Shown here piece by piece: positions 36,618-42,400 of a stretch of 42,400 bases of DNA (within the stretch, counting starts at the first letter, position 1; each line of letters starts with the position of its first letter). The DNA is from Octopus bimaculoides (lineage: Eukaryota). The stretch is from positions 38,108,228-38,150,627 of the forward strand of contig NC_068999.1 of NCBI RefSeq assembly GCF_001194135.2, given 5' to 3'. The position numbers and the translations under genes were made by a program. The notes under the pieces were generated by a model. It had not been told where the DNA came from and made no database searches. It saw only the letters and a list, made by a program, of their open reading frames with translations.

Positions 36618-38109
36618 GGTGTTGCGTTCCTAGCGGTATTGGTGTGCTCGTATTGTCGTTGCTGCTCGTCTGCTTCTGCCTTACTCAGAGTGCTCTGACG
36701 TTTGTCAAGAGAGAATGGTTTCGAGTACAACACATTTTCTCCTTGTCGTTATATCTGGAAATGTCTTTGTAGCGAATCACTTATAAAAGGGTCAACTACA
36801 CTTCACTCTGACCGTAATCTGCATTTGCTTTACAACATATGATCTTCCGAAGTGTTAGTGATTAGCTTGGTAAGACGTGTCACCAATTGTAAAGCACCGT
36901 ATTAGCTGACTGGAATTCATTTCAACGAGAAGTCAGATTTATGAATACAAGTTCAAATTAAGGTCACGACCAAATGCAGTCTTCCATTTCACGGCCGATT
37001 CAATACAAATTAAGTAAATGCAGATTTTAAAGTCAAAGAGAAATCGGAGGAATAAGTTTTTAAACGGAAATGCAAATGCGAGTTAGAAGGAATGTCACAA
37101 ATCACATTTTAATTACAACTGAATGAATATAGACAGACAAAGAGAAGACAACATTTAAAGAAACTGAAAGAAGAAGTGTTATAAAACAGCGGGAAATACA
37201 GAAAGCATGGTTGCAGCAGCAGCAGCAGCAGCTAAGGGGCGACGGCAGAAGGCAAAACTAGGGTCATACACATATGTATACATATTCATAGGTGCAAGTG
37301 TGTGCACCCGTGCATTTGTGGATGTGTTTATTCTTCGTCATTCTATTATAGTTTATCAAAAGTATATATATATATACATACATACATACATACACAGGCA
37401 CGCACACACACACACACATACACACATACTCACACACACACACACACACACTACTGACCACAACAACTCAATAGAAAATAAAATAAAAAGAAAAATACTT
37501 TGACAATATATCTCAAACACACACACACACANNNNNNNNNNNNNNNNNNNNNNNNNNNNNNNNNNNNNNNNNNNNNNNNNNNNNNNNNNNNNNNNNNNNN
37601 NNNNNNNNNNNNNNNNNNNNNNNNNNNNNNNNNNNNNNNNNNNNNNNNNNNNNNNNNNNNNNNNNNNNNNNNNNNNNNNNNNNNNNNNNNNNNNNNNNNN
37701 NNNNNNNNNNNNNNNNNNNNNNNNNNNNNNNNNNNNNNNNNNNNNNNNNNNNNNNNNNNNNNNNNNNNNNNNNNNNNNNNNNNNNNNNNNNNNNNNNNNN
37801 NNNNNNNNNNNNNNNNNNNNNNNNNNNNNNNNNNNNNNNNNNNNNNNNNNNNNNNNNNNNNNNNNNNNNNNNNNNNNNNNNNNNNNNNNNNNNNNNNNNN
37901 NNNNNNNNNNNNNNNNNNNNNNNNNNNNNNNNNNNNNNNNNNNNNNNNNNNNNNNNNNNNNNNNNNNNNNNNNNNNNNNNNNNNNNNNNNNNNNNNNNNN
38001 NNNNNNNNNNNNNNNNNNNNNNNNNNNNNNNNNNNNNNNNNNNNNNNNNNNNNNNNNNNNNNNNNNNNNNNNNNNNNNNNNNNNNNNNNNNNNNNNNNNN
38101 NNNNNNNNN

Positions 38110-38148
<39 letters not shown>

Positions 38149-38485
38149 GTATACATACATTATTTACGAGTGCGTTTGTGTATGCGTGTGTATGCGTGAC
38201 CAAGTGTTATGCATGTAGACAGAGAAGAAATGCCTATTCTCTATACCTATATATATGTAATGTTGATTACATATGTGTGTGTATGTGTGTGTGTGCGCTT
38301 GTGTGTATGTGTGTGTGCGCGCGCGCGCGTGTGCGTGCGTGTCAGAACACAGTTCATATACACACATATACACCCACATACAAATATTATCGAATTTAAT
38401 AATCAGCTGTTATAGCATCTAGCACATTCTAATCTCTCTTTTTTTTTCTTCTTGTTCTCATTCATGCTCTTCTTTTCATTCCTGT

Positions 38486-38565
38486 AGTTGTTGTTGTTGT
38501 TGTTCTTCTTCTTCTTCTTCTTCTTCTTCTTCTTCTTCTTCTTCTTCTTCATCATCCTCCTCCTT
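38486..38565. repeat. Compound (GTT)n-(TTC)n microsatellite
   Basis: Seen directly. Confidence 0.95.
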
Positions 38566-38979
38566 ACCATTAGATAAGATGCACCTGATCTGTTCATAAT
38601 CATTTAATTATTTTTACAGTTCACACCAATTACTAACTTGTCTCTTGTCTTTTATCGATACTTGGAAAATATGCAATAAATTCAATTAGATTTTTCCGAA
38701 GAAATTGATTCCTCAAAGTTCGGTCGTCTCCGATTGATTCGCTTCGATTTCTGTGTGTTCGTAAAAATTTATTGAGATTTATGGTATGGTTGTCTTAGCA
38801 GTCAGTGTACCACACTTCTTGTCAAAATCATTGCAGTGCCAGGCAACGAGAAAAGAAATATTGTACGTGTGACTGGTTAAGCTGCTAGGTGGCTGCAGAG
38901 GAAAAGCAACTAAAATCAGTCTTAACTTCTTTAAAGAATCTGCTAAAAGCAATTTTTCATCGGCATCATCCTGTGGTGT

Positions 38980-39310
38980 ACCTGAACACATCCTCAATGA
39001 TCTCATTACGTGTTTCGTGTCCTTCAGCATCAGACACTCTCACTCATCCAGCTTCATCTGTCCAGTTAGCACTACACCAGGTAGCACCACCCCTTCCAGG
39101 GATCACATCTCCTGATCCATTGCCACTTTGGGGTGACCTCTGCTACATCCGCAGTCAACCTTATGGCATTCGCCCTATTGGTCTTTGTGATGTCAGGCGT
39201 GTCGTAAACTCTGTTCAGAGTCTGACCTGGAAACCTGCTGCATCCCACCTTGATGGGATCCCAAACCTTGCTTGCCAACCATTGTTTTGGCATTATTTCA
39301 CTTGCTCATA
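38980..39310 (-). mobile_element. 3' end of a HERO-like (R2-group, restriction-like endonuclease) non-LTR retrotransposon, decayed
   Basis: The minus strand reads YEQVK*CQNNGWQARF, then a frameshift, then DPIKVGCSRFPGQTLNRVY...NAIRLTADVAEVTPKWQWIRRCDPW. This matches the recalled KY..L...GW....P.EVG.RGF...WLW.RR tail of HERO-clade ORFs. A 3' UTR follows (gagagtgtctgatgctgaaggacacgaaacac...gaggatgtgttcagg). Confidence 0.75.
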
Positions 39311-39324
39311 ATAAATTCCCTCCT

Positions 39325-39510
39325 CTTATTTCTTTATTGCCCACAAGAGGCTAAACATAGAGGGGACAAACAAGGACGGACAAAGGGATTAAGTCGATTA
39401 TATAGTCCCCAGTGCGTAACTGGTACTTGATTTATCGACCCCGAAAGGATGAATGGTAAAGTCGACCTCGGCGGAATTTGAACTCAGAACGTAACGGCAG
39501 ACGAAATACA
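39325..39510 (-). mobile_element. SINE family B, 5'-truncated and well preserved
   Basis: The reverse complement reads gtatttcgtctgccgttacgttctgagttcaaattccgccgaggtcgac...tttgtccgtccttgtttgtcccctctatgtttagcc. It is homologous to 29020-29159. Confidence 0.85.
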
Positions 39511-39727
39511 GTGTTGACGTGCCTTTGATATCACAGGGATAAGTCCACCGTCGAAGCCGAAGACTTAATTTGGCCCTTGACGTCAAGGCTAAGCTAAAAA
39601 CTGTAAAGATGGCGGAATGGGATAGCATTGATGTATCTTTCCCAAGATAAAAATAAATCTTCAGAGTTTGGCATGTAATCCTATGATCACCAAAGCCTTT
39701 AACTACAGTATATAAAGTGGAAATTAA

Positions 39728-39830
39728 AGAGGGAGAGAGAGAAAGCGAGGGAGAAAGAAAGAGAGAGAGGGAAAGAGAGAAAGCGAGAGAGAAAGAAAGA
39801 GAGATAGAGACAGACACAAACAGAGACAAA
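39728..39830. repeat. Degenerate (GA)n tract
   Basis: Seen directly. Confidence 0.85.
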
Positions 39831-39889
39831 GTGAGGATTTGTATTTCGGAAACGTTAAGTCTTTTTGCTGTTTCCGTTTACATTTCTCA

Positions 39890-39943
<54 letters not shown>

Positions 39944-39983
39944 NNNNNNNNNNTCTTTTTGCTGTTTCCGTTTACATTTCTCA

Positions 39984-40053
<70 letters not shown>

Positions 40054-40784
40054 CCAAGTTACTCGATTGAAGCAGCCCAATATTAGAAACATTATCAATG
40101 CCACATTCACAACCTGTTGTTTAAGTGCCACAAGCTGCAATTTTTCTTCCGGGAAAAATCTCTTTGAAGACGTATAACGTTAAACAACACAGTATATACT
40201 TCATAATGATATCTCCCTAAAAATGATCACGTGAGTGACACATGTCGTTTTTTTACCGTCGATGCGGCTTATCAATGCTGTATAGTTGTGTCCCTTCCGA
40301 AATAAAATTATTTAAATGAATACAGGTGTGTATATTCACGTTTGTCTGAGGCCGTACCTAACTGCATGCAACTGAATACCCGTAGACATAAAGCTAGTGC
40401 ATAGCGTGCTTATTTTTTAATGTATATACATAGACCAATAAGCATAAATTTTATTGGGTTAGATAACTGTTTATATTCACACAAAAGTAAAGATATATAT
40501 AAATGTATTTGTCTGAATATACATACCCATATGTGTATGAACGGATATATTCATTGTACATACACTTACTTCTGGTGTATACACACATATCATACTTACA
40601 TATGTACATATCTGTGTGTAGTATATTAAAGCATAATTATCTACATACACACGTAGACATAAGAACACGCACACTCCTGAATTACAGGCATTTGCACACT
40701 GTCACACACACATATACACACAGTGCGCCTGTTTAGATGTTTGTGCATATACTCTTACATGCAAATATATATGTCAAATATCTA

Positions 40785-40822
<38 letters not shown>

Positions 40823-42211
40823 NNNNNNNNNNNNNNNNNNNNNNNNNNNNNNNNNNNNNNNNNNNNNNNNNNNNNNNNNNNNNNNNNNNNNNNNNNNNNN
40901 NNNNNNNNNNNNNNNNNNNNNNNNNNNNNNNNNNNNNNNNNNNNNNNNNNNNNNNNNNNNNNNNNNNNNNNNNNNNNNNNNNNNNNNNNNNNNNNNNNNN
41001 NNNNNNNNNNNNNNNNNNNNNNNNNNNNNNNNNNNNNNNNNNNNNNNNNNNNNNNNNNNNNNNNNNNNNNNNNNNNNNNNNNNNNNNNNNNNNNNNNNNN
41101 NNNNNNNNNNNNNNNNNNNNNNNNNNNNNNNNNNNNNNNNNNNNNNNNNNNNNNNNNNNNNNNNNNNNNNNNNNNNNNNNNNNNNNNNNNNNNNNNNNNN
41201 NNNNNNNNNNNNNNNNNNNNNNNNNNNNNNNNNNNNNNNNNNNNNNNNNNNNNNNNNNNNNNNNNNNNNNNNNNNNNNNNNNNNNNNNNNNNNNNNNNNN
41301 NNNNNNNNNNNNNNNNNNNNNNNNNNNNNNNNNNNNNNNNNNNNNNNNNNNNNNNNNNNNNNNNNNNNNNATATATATATATATATATATACATATGTAT
41401 ATATATACATACCTACTTATATCTACTTATATATATACATATATAATATGTATATATAGTATATGTGTATGTGTGCGTATTTGCTGTTTGTTTGTAACAA
41501 TAGATTAGTTCTAATTTCCTTAGGAACTTCTTGCACATATTAACTCATTGATAAGGAATATGTTACTGGCTTTGTAATAACGACGGCAAAATTGGCAAGA
41601 AGATTATGCCGTGGAATCAATGTAGTTGCAACATAGATACGAAATTAAATTTTCTTCACAAAGCCAGAAGATAACAGCACCAAAAATAAAATCAATATTA
41701 TCCGATAATAACAGGCGATAATCTAGCTAACATTATAAAACGACCAATGTATCTTTGTATCTCTTAGTTGCTTTTCACACAAGATATATCACAACGTTAA
41801 TTCTATTTTCGTGATTACGTAATCTCGCTGAATGAATGTGTACGTAAGATAGGATGCCGAACAGAAAATTCGAAAACTCGCATTAGGAATCTTTGTGGAA
41901 AGTTTATATTATTAATGTGTCGGCAGAAATAGTAGAATGCAAGTTCAAGTTTGAGCTGTATTCTAAAGATTCATCAGATTGATACCTTTCCATTCCAACC
42001 ATTTCATTTTCTTATGTTCTAATATTTTCCGTGTCGGTTCGCGACATTTTCTTTTAAGCCGGTGCAAGGACTTCAAGCAAACTCAATTTAAAGGTAATCT
42101 AGAATCGATTTCATATTAAACGTCAAGTTCCAGTATTATCTCCCGGGGGTTAGCCTGACCCTGCTTTTATATACACTTATTTTACTACTACCTATAACAA
42201 TCTTTTATACG

Positions 42212-42318
42212 ATAGGCACAATGCCTGCACCTTCGAGGGATGGAGCAAATCGATTATATCGATCCCAGTGCTCAAATGGCACTTATTTACTCGACGCCGA
42301 AAAAGGAAAAGGAAAACT
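42212..42318 (-). mobile_element. Decayed SINE fragment related to family B
   Basis: cgattatatcgatcccagtgctcaaatggcacttatttactcgacgccgaaaaagg parallels gtcgattatatagtccccagtgcgtaactggtacttgatttatcgaccccgaaagg at about 39393-39448. A further remnant lies at about 12520-12560. Confidence 0.6.
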
Positions 42319-42352
42319 ATTTTTTCCACTTTGTTTTGCCCTGATGTGCTTA

Positions 42353-42400
<48 letters not shown>

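Noticed and set aside
3720-41508. Dozens of long ORFs rich in HT/YI/CV/LS/RE dipeptides or X runs
   Set aside because: They are translations of dinucleotide microsatellites and N-gaps, not proteins.

Overview
This is eukaryotic, AT-rich, microsatellite-saturated genomic DNA from a gapped short-read scaffold. It has 16 N-gaps totalling about 4.9 kb, most flanked by (TA)n or (CA)n. The SINE-like repeats resemble families I recall from octopus genomes, so a cephalopod origin is likely but unverified. I recognise no host protein-coding gene, rRNA, tRNA gene or CRISPR array. Nearly all supplied ORFs are microsatellite, low-complexity or gap read-throughs. The supportable content is a transposon-rich intronic or intergenic region. 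It holds four decayed retroelement fragments (Penelope-like RT, CR1/L2-group 3' end, L1/Tx1-like RT, HERO/R2-group 3' end) and two tRNA-derived SINE families. It also holds a Mutator-type MITE with 85-bp TIRs and a perfect 9-bp TSD, a hAT-type MITE, and a 31-bp minisatellite. Two inverted repeat copies each carry a degenerate minimal hammerhead-ribozyme-like motif. A few unassigned exon-like segments are given as low-confidence leads. I found no convincing undescribed biological system. The best leads are the hammerhead-like pair and the Mutator-type MITE.
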